DNA from: Pirellulales bacterium
GTDB lineage: Bacteria; Planctomycetota; Planctomycetia; Pirellulales; UBA1268
Length of the DNA: 64,000 nucleotides
NCBI GenBank assembly: GCA_044369655.1
Contig: JBILWX010000006.1
Location: forward strand, 2,102 to 66,101
Direction of reading: 5' to 3'
Below are positions 35,238-44,491 of the stretch, in pieces; position 1 is the first letter of the stretch; each line of letters starts with the position of its first letter. The notes under the pieces were generated by a model. The model was not told where the DNA came from, searched no databases, and saw nothing but the letters and a program-made list of their open reading frames with translations. The translations under genes were made by a program, and so were the position numbers.

Positions 35238-37104
35238 GGATCTCGAGCGTGAGGATGATCGTCACGCCCATCAGCGATTCCCCCGCGATCAGTCCGCTCG
35301 ACACCGGCACCGTGTAGGTCTCCGCGGCCTTCGGGGCTGTCCGCGCGGCAATCCACGCGACGAGCGCCCCCACGAACATCGCGATCGAGTTGAAGGCGGG
35401 AATCACCCCCGCGATCCCCAGCCCCGTCGTCGAGGGAATCCAGGGTTTCCACTTTTTCGGTGCATACTCTTCCAGGAGCGTGAGCACCACGCCGAGCACG
35501 GCCCCCACCAGGATCGCCGCGAGCGCACCCTTCGGCAGGGCATGCAGCCCCTGTGCGAGCAGCCGCGCCACTCCCTCCCAGACCTTCGCCGCCGGCGCCG
35601 GCAGCTCCGCCGACCCGAGCCGGCCGGGATTGCTCTGCACCACGAAGATGTAGGCCGGCACCGAAATGAGCGTGCCCGCCACCACGCCAAAGAGCTGCGA
35701 GATCGTCTGCTTCCGCGGATTGCCGCCCAGCAGGTAGCCGCTCTTCAGATCGGTGAGCAGGTCGGCCGCATGCGAGGCCGCCCCCGACGTGATGCAGGCC
35801 GTCATCAGGTTCGTGGTGATGTTGGAGGGCGCGATCACGCCGTAGAGCAGCTGCGTGATCTTCCCCATCGCCCCGATCGGCGTGATGTCGGTCTCGCCCG
35901 TCGCCCGCGCCGCCACGATCGACAATAAAAAGGTCACCACGACCGCCAGGATCCCCATCCACCACGTGATGCCGAAGAGCAGGTGGCCGAGCACCACGCA
36001 GGCGGTGCCCGCCAGGCCGACGCCCACCACGAACCAGGACGCCGGCACCTCGATGTGGGCCAGTTCGTCGTCGATCCGCTCGTGCGGCCGCCCGCCGCCG
36101 AAGATTCCCGCGAGGCTGCCCGACAGGCCGCCGAACGCCCGCAGCACCGTCCGCCACTTGAGGGCGAACGAGAGGAGCCCGCTCGTCACCATCATCGCCG
36201 TCGCCGGCCAGAGCACCCACGATACGATCCCCTTGTAGCCGGGCTGCACGATCCCCTCTGTGACGAGGATCGGGCCGATGACGCCGAAGCAGACGATCGA
36301 GCCGATGAGCATCGACGCCGCCACCCGCAGCCCCATGATCGCCCCGGCCGCCAGCATGATCAGCGAGCCCTCGATCCCGATCGTGTATTTCGTGAGCAGA
36401 TCGCGGCCGAGCGCCGTCGGCAGGAAGGCCAGCTCCGCCGGAAACGCATAGGCGGAGAGCGACTTCACCGCTGCGAAGAGATCCCGCCAGACCGCGACCA
36501 CGGCGCCGATGATGCCCGCCGCGAAGAGCGACCGCGCCTTCACCACCGCCTCGCCCCCGGCCGTGTGCATGCTCTTGAGCGTTTCGGCGGTGGCGATGCC
36601 GGAGGGGAAGGGGAGCTGGTCGATGTTGATCAGCTGCCGCTTGAGCGGGATCGCCATGAACACGCCCAGAAACGAAAGCGCCCCCAGCCAAAGCATGATC
36701 TCCCACCACTGCATCAGCCGGCCGGTGGTGAGGTAGAGCGCGGGAAGCGCCGACACGAGCCCCGCGCTCGACATGTAGCCGGCGGCGCTGGCGGCGCTGC
36801 TCATCGTGTAGTTTTCGAGCGTCGTGAACGGCCGGTTCCGCCACGCGGGCACCACCCGCTCGAGCACCGAGAAGACGGCGTAGGCGATGATCGACGCCGT
36901 GATCGTCACGCCCAGCCCCCAGCCGGTCTTGAGCCCCACGTAGAGGTTCGAGATCGACATCACGCCGCCGATGATCATGCCCGTGATCACGGCCCGCGGC
37001 GTGAGTTGGACGGCGTCGTCGCCCGCGTAGACGTTGGCGAGCCACCACCGCGCCGCCTGGCGCTCGTCGTCAAACGGCGGATGCTGCGTGTCGGGTGAGG
37101 TCAA
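35209..37104 (-). CDS. OPT-family oligopeptide transporter
   Basis: ITGMIIGGVMSISNLYVGLKTGWGLGVTITASIIAYAV is the typical OPT N-terminus. The product is about 630 aa and polytopic. I propose the TTG start at 37104, overlapping the stop of the upstream small ORF; the track ORF start at 37470 runs through that ORF. Confidence 0.8.
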   Translation of the reverse strand: MTSPDTQHPPFDDERQAARWWLANVYAGDDAVQLTPRAVITGMIIGGVMSISNLYVGLKTGWGLGVTITASIIAYAVFSVLERVVPAWRNRPFTTLENYTMSSAASAAGYMSSAGLVSALPALYLTTGRLMQWWEIMLWLGALSFLGVFMAIPLKRQLINIDQLPFPSGIATAETLKSMHTAGGEAVVKARSLFAAGIIGAVVAVWRDLFAAVKSLSAYAFPAELAFLPTALGRDLLTKYTIGIEGSLIMLAAGAIMGLRVAASMLIGSIVCFGVIGPILVTEGIVQPGYKGIVSWVLWPATAMMVTSGLLSFALKWRTVLRAFGGLSGSLAGIFGGGRPHERIDDELAHIEVPASWFVVGVGLAGTACVVLGHLLFGITWWMGILAVVVTFLLSIVAARATGETDITPIGAMGKITQLLYGVIAPSNITTNLMTACITSGAASHAADLLTDLKSGYLLGGNPRKQTISQLFGVVAGTLISVPAYIFVVQSNPGRLGSAELPAPAAKVWEGVARLLAQGLHALPKGALAAILVGAVLGVVLTLLEEYAPKKWKPWIPSTTGLGIAGVIPAFNSIAMFVGALVAWIAARTAPKAAETYTVPVSSGLIAGESLMGVTIILTLEILKATGLWGG

Positions 37105-37439
37105 AACACGTCCAGATGGAAGTGATGCCCCTGGTAGTAGCGGCGCGACTTCGGGTATTCGTTCTGCCACGCCCGGTTGTAGACCGGCACCCGCATCTCC
37201 TGCGGATAGCGGTAGTAGAGGTCGTTGGCGCTCTGCTGGTAGCTGTCGGCGTAGAAGTTGTGCGGATACCAGACATACGGATAGTGGTAGAACCGGTTCC
37301 AGTCGGTGGCGTTGTAGGAATTGCCCCACTGGTAGCCATACGCCTGCTGGCCGACGGCCGGCGGCTGGGCGTGCGCCGCCGGCGCCGCCATCATCATGGC
37401 CCCGGCCAGGACGGCCGTGCCAAGCATGGATCGCATCAT
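37101..37439 (-). CDS. Small secreted Tyr/Trp-rich protein (112 aa)
   Basis: The signal peptide is MMRSMLGTAVLAGAMMMAAPAAHA|Q. The mature part is rich in Y/W/N (YGYQWGNSYNATDWNRFYHYPYVWYPHNFY...). Confidence 0.55.
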   Translation of the reverse strand: MMRSMLGTAVLAGAMMMAAPAAHAQPPAVGQQAYGYQWGNSYNATDWNRFYHYPYVWYPHNFYADSYQQSANDLYYRYPQEMRVPVYNRAWQNEYPKSRRYYQGHHFHLDVF

Positions 37440-37539
37440 CGGATTGTCCCCCTGAAGAACCCGGACTCACGGGAGGTATCGGCCGTCCGCACGACCGTTC
37501 TTCACGGAAAAACCGGCAGGGTCGGAAAACGGCAGCCGG

Positions 37540-38346
37540 TCAGGCCTTCGACGCCGGCAGCCGGCCCTCGGCCAACTCCCGGTCCCATTCCTCGATCAGC
37601 GGCCAGTGCTGGGCGCAGGTGCCGAAGTCGGCCAGGCTCAGATAGCCACGCAGCCGTTCGAGGGTCTTCGCGAGCAGGTGACCGTCCTTCTTGAAGATCG
37701 GGCCGTGGCTCGGAAGCAGCCACTCCACGTCGCTGGCCGCGATCCGCTCGAGCGACTTGATGAAGGCCGGAATGTCGCTGCCGTGGTGGGCGTCGATCGC
37801 CCCCACCGAGCCGTCGCGGTAGATGTTGTCACCCGAGAGCAGCAGGTTGCCCAGGCGGAAGGCGAGTTGGCTGTCGGTGTGGCCCGGCGTATGCCAGACC
37901 TCGAGTTTGTGGCTGCCGACCTCGATGATGTCGCCGTCGACGACCTCGCGATCGATCTTCACCACCGGCATGTCGAGGTGGACGTTCTGCGCGGCGATCT
38001 CGGCGAAGGTCTTGATCCGGTCGCCCGTCTCCAGCGACTCGACCGCCAGCGGATGCGCCAGCACCGGAGCCTTGAGAATCCCCTTCGCCTTGGCCAGCCC
38101 CTGGATGTGGTCGACGTCGGCGTGCGTGGCCACGAGGGCCTTGCACTGCGACAGCGGGAAATCCATCTCCCGGATCATCTCCACGATCTCGTCGACGCTC
38201 TCCTCGTAGCCGATGTCGATGAGCGCCCAGTCGCGGTCGTCGTAGACCAGGTAGACGTTGCAGCCGATCCGCCAGCCGGCCTGGTGATTCATCTCGATGA
38301 CACCGGGGAAAATCGGACGACGTTCAAGCATGGGGTTGGATCGCAC
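37540..38346 (-). CDS. MBL-fold metallo-hydrolase
   Basis: [12 protein letters not shown] (HxHxDH-type motif), WHTPGHTDS, and LLPSHG. Confidence 0.85.
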   Translation of the reverse strand: MRSNPMLERRPIFPGVIEMNHQAGWRIGCNVYLVYDDRDWALIDIGYEESVDEIVEMIREMDFPLSQCKALVATHADVDHIQGLAKAKGILKAPVLAHPLAVESLETGDRIKTFAEIAAQNVHLDMPVVKIDREVVDGDIIEVGSHKLEVWHTPGHTDSQLAFRLGNLLLSGDNIYRDGSVGAIDAHHGSDIPAFIKSLERIAASDVEWLLPSHGPIFKKDGHLLAKTLERLRGYLSLADFGTCAQHWPLIEEWDRELAEGRLPASKA

Positions 38347-38467
38347 TCATGGGGAAAACGCCGGCAACACGGACCGCCCTCCGCCCGCAGCCGGATTTGC
38401 GGCAATCGTCGGCGGAAGACACACTGGATGCCGAAGTTTAGACGTTTTCCATCCAAAGTGTAGCGGC

Positions 38468-40354
38468 ATGGCATCTTTCCCTCGGACGGGGTTTGCGGCG
38501 TGGGCCGGCAGCGTCGACGAGCTGTGTCGGCTCATCGACGCCCTGCAGCCGCTCGGCCGCTCCCTGGGAGCTCCCGACCCGCAGGCCGACGATTGGTATG
38601 GCGCGCTATTCGGCAAGCTCCGGCCGCAGGTGTCGCGGGAGCCCCTGCTCGTGGCCGCCGTCTGCGGTGGCACGAACACCGGCAAGAGCCTGATCACCAA
38701 CACGCTCGTGGGTGCGGAGATCAGCCGCTCCGTGCCGGAGGCGGCGCGAACCCGTCATCCGGTGGCGAGCCTGCCGCAGGGACTCGCCACGCGAATCGAT
38801 CTGGCGGCACTCTTTCCCGGCTTCTCCCCCGCGCCGTGGCAAGGCGTGCAGGACGCGATCGACCTCGGGCCGGATGCGAGCGGCAACGCCGATCGGCTCG
38901 TGTGGCGCGAGGATGCCGGCGGCCGGCAGCCCGCCCGGCTCGTGCTTCTCGACACCCCCGACATCGACGGCACGCTCCGGGAAAACTGGCACCGCGCCGA
39001 ACTGGTGCGGAACGCCTGCGACGTGATCGTGGCCGTGCTCACCCAGCAGAAATACAACGACGCCGCCGTGCGGGATTTCTTCGCCGCCGCGGCGGCCGCC
39101 GGGAAGGCCGTGGTCGTCGTCTTCAACATGATCGACTGGCCGCGGCAGCGCGACCGCATCGGCGGCTGGCTGGCCACCTTCACCGCCGAGACCGGCGTCG
39201 CTCCGCTGGCGGCATACGCCGTGCCGCACGACTTCCGCGCGGCCGAGGCGGGACGGATCGAGTTTCATCCCCTGCCCGAACTCACGCCCGACGGCGCCGC
39301 GGTCGACCTCGCCACCCGCCTGGCCGAGTGCGACTTCGATTCGATCAAGCTGCGGGCGATGGAGGGAGCACTGCGTGTCGTGCTCGATCCCGCGACCGGC
39401 GCCGGCCACTGGCTCGACTCGTTCGAAACCAGCGCGAAGGAGTGGCGGGACGCGCGCCGGTTGCTGACGGACGAGGCTCATGTGCGGGTGGAACTGCCCA
39501 CTGCGCCGCGCGAGATCGTCTGGAACGAGATCTGGCAGTGGCTCGAACCGCGGCGGTCGGGCCTCGACCTCACCGTCAGCAAGGTCTATCGCGTCGCCGG
39601 CAAGGGCGTGAGCTGGGCGGCGCGGCGGGTGGGGCTCGTCCGCAGCGAGGCGGAACGTCGCGAGGATTTTTCGACGCTCGAACTGGCGGCCCTCAAGACC
39701 GCCCTCGGCGACTTCGTGCAACGGCTCGACGACGCCTGCCGTCGCAATCCGCGGCTCGCCGCGATGCTCGGGAGCCGGCTCGTGGATGGCGATCGCGCGG
39801 CCTGGTATGCCGACCTCGAACGCCGCCATGCGAGCCTGCCGCTGGTGTCGGAGGATTACCGGGCGTTCGTCCGCCACGAACTCGACCGTTTCGCGAAGGA
39901 AAACCCCGGCATGGTGCGGTTCATCCTCACGGGGCTCAACGTGGGCGCGGTGGCGCGGCCCGCGATCACGGTGGCGCTCGGCATGGCGGGCGCGGCGGCC
40001 GTGCCCGCGGCGGCCGCCTCGGCCGGAGGGCTTTCCGTGCTCGTGCACCATGTCGGCGACGTCGTCGTGGGCACAGCGGCGACGATCGCCGGCGAGGGGG
40101 CGCTCGGCCTCACGATGGCCGGGCTCAAGCCGCTCATCGAGACGCTCTTTGCAGGCTGGTCGGCGGAACGCGGCCGCGTGCTCGCGGAGACGTTGCACGA
40201 CGTCGTGCTTGGCGACCGGTTGGAGGAGATCGACCGCCTGGCCAACGCGGCGGCGGCACCGGAGGTGGCTCAGGCCCGTCGGCTGCTCGTGGAATGCGGC
40301 CGTGATATCGGCCGCGACATGGGCCGTGGCATGGGCCAGGAGGTTTCCCGATGA
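38468..40354 (+). CDS. Dynamin-like/large GTPase, paralogue 1
   Basis: G1 is CGGTNTGKSLITNTL and G3 is LVLLDTPDIDG. The motif VAVLTQQKY is shared with paralogue 2. A Gly/Ala-rich hydrophobic segment lies near the C-terminus (VGAVARPAITVALGMAGAAAVPAAAASAGG). The start is taken at ATG MASFPRTG. Confidence 0.7.
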   Translation: MASFPRTGFAAWAGSVDELCRLIDALQPLGRSLGAPDPQADDWYGALFGKLRPQVSREPLLVAAVCGGTNTGKSLITNTLVGAEISRSVPEAARTRHPVASLPQGLATRIDLAALFPGFSPAPWQGVQDAIDLGPDASGNADRLVWREDAGGRQPARLVLLDTPDIDGTLRENWHRAELVRNACDVIVAVLTQQKYNDAAVRDFFAAAAAAGKAVVVVFNMIDWPRQRDRIGGWLATFTAETGVAPLAAYAVPHDFRAAEAGRIEFHPLPELTPDGAAVDLATRLAECDFDSIKLRAMEGALRVVLDPATGAGHWLDSFETSAKEWRDARRLLTDEAHVRVELPTAPREIVWNEIWQWLEPRRSGLDLTVSKVYRVAGKGVSWAARRVGLVRSEAERREDFSTLELAALKTALGDFVQRLDDACRRNPRLAAMLGSRLVDGDRAAWYADLERRHASLPLVSEDYRAFVRHELDRFAKENPGMVRFILTGLNVGAVARPAITVALGMAGAAAVPAAAASAGGLSVLVHHVGDVVVGTAATIAGEGALGLTMAGLKPLIETLFAGWSAERGRVLAETLHDVVLGDRLEEIDRLANAAAAPEVAQARRLLVECGRDIGRDMGRGMGQEVSR

Positions 40355-42189
40355 CCAGGGAGCATGCCGGCGTCGAGCCGGTCGACTTCGCCAGTTTCGA
40401 CGAACTGGTCGAAGCCCTCGCGCGGTGGAGCGGCTCGCTGCCGGAATGGGCGCCCGCCCGCGCCGTGCGGGCCGAATGGGAACAGGTGGAGCCCCGCCTC
40501 GACCGCGCCCGCCGTGAACTCTCGCGGATGCTCGTCGTCGGCGTGATCGGCGGCACCGGCACCGGCAAGAGCACGCTCGTCAACGCGCTGGCCGGTTGCG
40601 ACCTGAGCCCCGCCGGCGACATCGCCCGGCCGACCACGATCAACCCGGTGGTGGTCGCCGCCCGCGACGTCGATCTCTCCTGGCTGCCGGTCGACACGAT
40701 GAACGCCCGCGTGGTCCGCAGCGACTCGGCCGCGGTCGCCAACATCGTGCTCGTCGACTGCCCCGATCCCGACACGCAGGCCGAATCACGGCAGGGGGGC
40801 GGGCAGGCGTCACACGGCCCCGCGCGGCCGAGCGACACGAACCACAACCGCGATCTGCTCGAGGCCGTGCTGCCCGCCTGCGACGTGTTGCTGCTCGTGT
40901 CGACCGCGCAGAAATACCGTTCGTGGGTCGTCGCCCGCGAGGTGGCCGCCTTTGCCCCGGGCCGACCGCTGCTCTTCGTGCAGACCCACGCCTCGCGGGA
41001 TCCCGATATCCGGGACGATTGGCGGCGGGAACTGGAATCGCAGGGCTTCGTCGTGCCACGGATCTTCCGGCTCGACGCGGTCGACGCGGCGACGCGGTCG
41101 GCTGCGGGCCTCGAGCCCGACAGCGGTTTTCGCGAGTTGGTGGAAGCGATCGACGCGGAGCTCGTGGGCCGGGCCGCCCGCCGTGTCCGCCGCACCGGCA
41201 GCCTCGATCTCGCCGGCTGGTTTCTGCGGCAGTCGCGGGAGGGGCTCGACCCGTTGCGCGAGCCGGTCGCCCAGCTTGCCGCGGGTGTGGCGAGCGAGCG
41301 GACGCGGCTCGAGGGGATCCTCGCGAAGTCGGTCGGCGTGCGGCTGCGGGCCAGCCGCACGGCCTGGCAGCGCATCCTCACCAGCGAGATCGTCGAACGC
41401 TGGCACGGCGGACCGTTCGCGACGTTTCTCCACCTGGTGGAATCGATCATCGCGTTCTGGCCGCGGATGCGGGCCGCCGGCAGCGGCCTGATCAGCCGGC
41501 TGCTGACCGGGCAGGGGGTGGGCGCGATTCCCGCGGGGCAGGGTGGCTGGCAGGCGGTCGAAGAACTCGGGCTCTCGGCAGCGGAGGTCGAGCAGTCGCG
41601 GAGCGTTCTTTCCGGACTGGCCGCGCGGGCGCGTCTCGCCGAGCCGCTCGTGGGCCGGGCGCGGTTCGCTGAAGCCAACGTGGCATCGACCGTCGGCACG
41701 CTGCTCGAACGGACCGCGGCCTGGCTCTCCTCCGGCATCGATCGCCTCGTCGCATCGCGCCGCGGACGGATCGACGGGCCGGTGTTTCGCTGGGTATGCG
41801 AGGCGCTCTTTTCGGGGCTGCTCGTGGCCGTGCTCGTTCGGGCGGGCTGGAATTTCTTCGTCGGCCATCTCTGGCAGGGCCGCGTGGTGGACGGCGGCGG
41901 CTTCCTGCAGGAGGCACTCGTGTGGGTGATCCTGTGGGGATTGCTGCTGCGGTGGATCGCGTTCGCACGTGTGCGTGTCGGACTCGACGGCGACATCCAA
42001 TCGCTCGTGTCCCGGCTGCCCGAGGCCCACCTGACCGACCCCCTGCTCGCCGACTTCGCCGCCGCCGCCGACGCGACGGCCCGGTTCATCGACTCAGGCG
42101 ACAGGCTCGCTCGCGACCACGAGACGCTCGTTGCCCGCCTGACCGAGCCGAGCGCCGGCCTCGGCCGCCTCCGTGGAGACGTGCGATGA
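40351..42189 (+). CDS. Dynamin-like/large GTPase, paralogue 2 (membrane-anchored)
   Basis: G1 is IGGTGTGKSTLVNAL, G3 is IVLVDCPDPDT, and the shared motif is LLVSTAQKY. There are two C-terminal TM helices (LFSGLLVAVLVRAGWNFFV and ALVWVILWGLLLRWIAF). There is an ATGA overlap with paralogue 1. Confidence 0.7.
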   Translation: MTREHAGVEPVDFASFDELVEALARWSGSLPEWAPARAVRAEWEQVEPRLDRARRELSRMLVVGVIGGTGTGKSTLVNALAGCDLSPAGDIARPTTINPVVVAARDVDLSWLPVDTMNARVVRSDSAAVANIVLVDCPDPDTQAESRQGGGQASHGPARPSDTNHNRDLLEAVLPACDVLLLVSTAQKYRSWVVAREVAAFAPGRPLLFVQTHASRDPDIRDDWRRELESQGFVVPRIFRLDAVDAATRSAAGLEPDSGFRELVEAIDAELVGRAARRVRRTGSLDLAGWFLRQSREGLDPLREPVAQLAAGVASERTRLEGILAKSVGVRLRASRTAWQRILTSEIVERWHGGPFATFLHLVESIIAFWPRMRAAGSGLISRLLTGQGVGAIPAGQGGWQAVEELGLSAAEVEQSRSVLSGLAARARLAEPLVGRARFAEANVASTVGTLLERTAAWLSSGIDRLVASRRGRIDGPVFRWVCEALFSGLLVAVLVRAGWNFFVGHLWQGRVVDGGGFLQEALVWVILWGLLLRWIAFARVRVGLDGDIQSLVSRLPEAHLTDPLLADFAAAADATARFIDSGDRLARDHETLVARLTEPSAGLGRLRGDVR

Positions 42190-43700
42190 AGTGCCTCCTG
42201 CGCATGCTGGCTGCCCTCGCGCTGGTGGCGTGGCTGGCAGCGCCGACGACCGCCGCCGACCTCGACGAGGTGATGGCCCGCGGCGAGCTGATCTGGGCAG
42301 CCGACCAGGAGGGGGGCGGGCCGCACGTCTTCCCCGATCCCGCCGATCCACGGCGGCTGACCGGCTTCGAAGTCGATCTTGCGGCGCTTCTGGCCGAGGA
42401 ACTGGGGGTGAAGCCGCGGTTTCAGCAGGGCCAGTGGGACCGGCTGCCGTTGCTCTTGGGCCGCACCGCCGACTGTGTCATCAACGGCATCGAGCTGACG
42501 CCGGACCGACAGCGAGACTACCACTGTTCGCGTCCCTACTTCGCATACAGCCTCCAGCTGCTCGCCCGGCGCGACGGCTCCCTCGACACGTTTGCGAAGC
42601 TGGCAGCGCCGGGGCCCGAGGGCCGCTGGCGGGTGGGCGTGCTGACCGGCTCGGCCGCCGAAAGCGTCATGCGGTCGCGTGCGGATTTCGAGGTCGACGT
42701 CGTCGGGTACGACGGCACGATCGACTCGCTGGAGCAGGTCTCGGGTGGCGTGCTCGATGCCGCCGTGATGGACGACTGCATCTTCAATTTCTACGCCGAC
42801 CGGTTCGGCCGGCTGCGGACGGTCGAACGGCCGTTCGCCGGCGGCTTCTACACGATCCTCACCGCCCGCGACACGCCGCGGCTCTCGGCAGCCATCGACG
42901 CGGCGCTGACCCGCCTCATCGCCGACGGCCGGCTCAAGGCCCTCTACGACCGCTGGGATCTCGCCGGCCGCCAGCAGATGCTCCTGCTCCGCGATGCCAC
43001 CGAGATACCGGTGGCCCGTCGGAAGAGCCTCGCCGAGCTCTGCCGCGACACCCTGCCGCTGCTGCTGCAATCGGCGGGGATGACGCTGCTGCTGTCGTGC
43101 CTGTCGTTCCCGCTGGCGGTCGGCATCGGCCTGGCCGTGGCCGTGGGGCGGATGCACGGGCCGGAGCTGCTCAAGCCGCTGCTGACCGGCTACGTCGAGG
43201 TGCTCCGCGGCACGCCCCTCATGCTCCAGCTCTACGCCATCTTCTTCCTGCTCCCCAAGATCGGCCTCGCCCTGCCGGCGCTGGTGGCGGCGGTCCTCGG
43301 CCTGGCGCTCAACTATTCGGCCTACGAGTCGGAGATCTACCGGGCCGGGCTCAAGGCGGTGCCGCCGGGACAGTTGGAGGCGAGCCTGGCACTGGGGCTC
43401 TCGAAGTGGCAGGCGCTGCGGCACGTGCTCGTGCCGCAGGCGGTGCGGATCGTGATGCCGCCGGTGACGAGCGACTTCATCGCGCTGTTCAAGGATACGA
43501 GCGTCTGCTCCGCGATCACGGTGATCGAGCTGACCAAGCGGTACAGCGTGCTGGCGCTCTCCACCGGCAGGATCGTGGAGCTGGCCGTCGTCACGGCCCT
43601 GCTCTATCTTTGCATGAGCTGGCCGCTGGCGCTGCTCTCGCGGTGGTTCGAGCGGCGGCTCGAACGCCCGGCCGCCGCCGGCGGCATGACGGAGGGCTGA
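42186..43700 (+). CDS. Polar amino-acid ABC transporter, fused periplasmic binding domain and permease
   Basis: The signal peptide is MKCLLRMLAALALVAWLAAPTTA. An SBP_bac_3-like part follows (GFEVDLAALLAEELGVKPRFQQGQWDRL..). The HisM/GlnP-like permease has the EAA loop EASLALGLSKWQALRHVLVPQA. There is an ATGA overlap with GTPase 2. Confidence 0.85.
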   Translation: MKCLLRMLAALALVAWLAAPTTAADLDEVMARGELIWAADQEGGGPHVFPDPADPRRLTGFEVDLAALLAEELGVKPRFQQGQWDRLPLLLGRTADCVINGIELTPDRQRDYHCSRPYFAYSLQLLARRDGSLDTFAKLAAPGPEGRWRVGVLTGSAAESVMRSRADFEVDVVGYDGTIDSLEQVSGGVLDAAVMDDCIFNFYADRFGRLRTVERPFAGGFYTILTARDTPRLSAAIDAALTRLIADGRLKALYDRWDLAGRQQMLLLRDATEIPVARRKSLAELCRDTLPLLLQSAGMTLLLSCLSFPLAVGIGLAVAVGRMHGPELLKPLLTGYVEVLRGTPLMLQLYAIFFLLPKIGLALPALVAAVLGLALNYSAYESEIYRAGLKAVPPGQLEASLALGLSKWQALRHVLVPQAVRIVMPPVTSDFIALFKDTSVCSAITVIELTKRYSVLALSTGRIVELAVVTALLYLCMSWPLALLSRWFERRLERPAAAGGMTEG

Positions 43701-43708
43701 CCGGCACC

Positions 43709-44392
43709 GTGATCACCGTATCGTCACTGACGAAGTTGCGGGCGCAGCGCCGCGTGCTCGAGGAGGTGAGTCTCACGGGCGCCGAGGGCACCGTGACGGC
43801 GCTCGTGGGCCCGTCGGGGAGCGGCAAGAGCACGCTCTTGCGGTGTCTGAACGGACTGGAGACCTTCGACTCGGGCGAGATCACGATCGCGGGCCATCGA
43901 CTCGCGGCCGGGGCGCATGCGCCGGGCGTCCTCGAGCGGATGCGGCGCGACGTGGGCATGGTGTTTCAGCAGTTCAACCTCTTCTCCCACCTGTCGGCCG
44001 CCGAGAACGTGGCGCTGGCACCCCGCGTGGTGCTGGGAGTGTCGGCGGCCGAGGCCCGGGCCCGCGGCCTCGACCTCCTCGACCGGGTCGGACTCCGCTC
44101 CTTTGCGGACGCCCGGCCGGCCACCCTCTCCGGCGGCCAGCAGCAGCGGGTGGCGATCGCCCGGGCCTTGGCGATGCGGCCCCGCGTCATGCTCTTCGAC
44201 GAACCGACCAGCGCGCTCGATCCGGCGATGTCGCTGGAGGTGATGGAGGTGATCGTCGAACTGGCGCGGGCGGGGCAGACGATGGTGGTGGTCACGCACG
44301 ACCACGGCTTCGCCCGGCGGGCGGCCTCGCGGGTGGTGGAGCTCGCCGCCGGCCGGATTGCCCGCCAGGGACCTGCGGCCGACATGCTCTGA
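43709..44392 (+). CDS. Polar amino-acid ABC transporter ATP-binding protein (GlnQ/HisP-like)
   Basis: It has a GTG start, GPSGSGKSTLLRCLNGLE, LSGGQQQRVAIARALA, and MLFDEPTSALD. Confidence 0.9.
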   Translation: MITVSSLTKLRAQRRVLEEVSLTGAEGTVTALVGPSGSGKSTLLRCLNGLETFDSGEITIAGHRLAAGAHAPGVLERMRRDVGMVFQQFNLFSHLSAAENVALAPRVVLGVSAAEARARGLDLLDRVGLRSFADARPATLSGGQQQRVAIARALAMRPRVMLFDEPTSALDPAMSLEVMEVIVELARAGQTMVVVTHDHGFARRAASRVVELAAGRIARQGPAADML

Positions 44393-44402
44393 CGGGCTCA
44401 CG

Positions 44403-44439
44403 AAAAAACTCCGCCCGGGACTTTTGGTCCCGGGCGGAG
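44403..44439 (-). terminator. Rho-independent terminator (13-bp GC-rich stem, T-run on the minus strand)
   Basis: CTCCGCCCGGGAC-TTTTG-GTCCCGGGCGGAG is flanked by AAAAAA on the plus strand, which reads TTTTTT after the hairpin on the minus strand. It lies between convergent genes. Confidence 0.7.
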
Positions 44440-44491
44440 CTCACTGGCCGAAGTCGGGCAACAGATCTCCGATCGACCTATCGTCCGAACA

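Noticed and set aside
40134-43424. A very long antisense ORF of 1096 aa. Similar giants occur at 34709-37048 (-), 16130-17521 (-), 18043-19218 (-), 57205-59043 (-), 59756-62044 (+), 38606-40198 (-) and 46943-48193 (-).
   Set aside because: These are typical shadow ORFs of high-GC DNA. Their products are Arg/Pro/Gly/Ala-rich and low-complexity with no recognisable motifs. The opposite strand encodes proteins with clear family signatures and strong GC3 bias.
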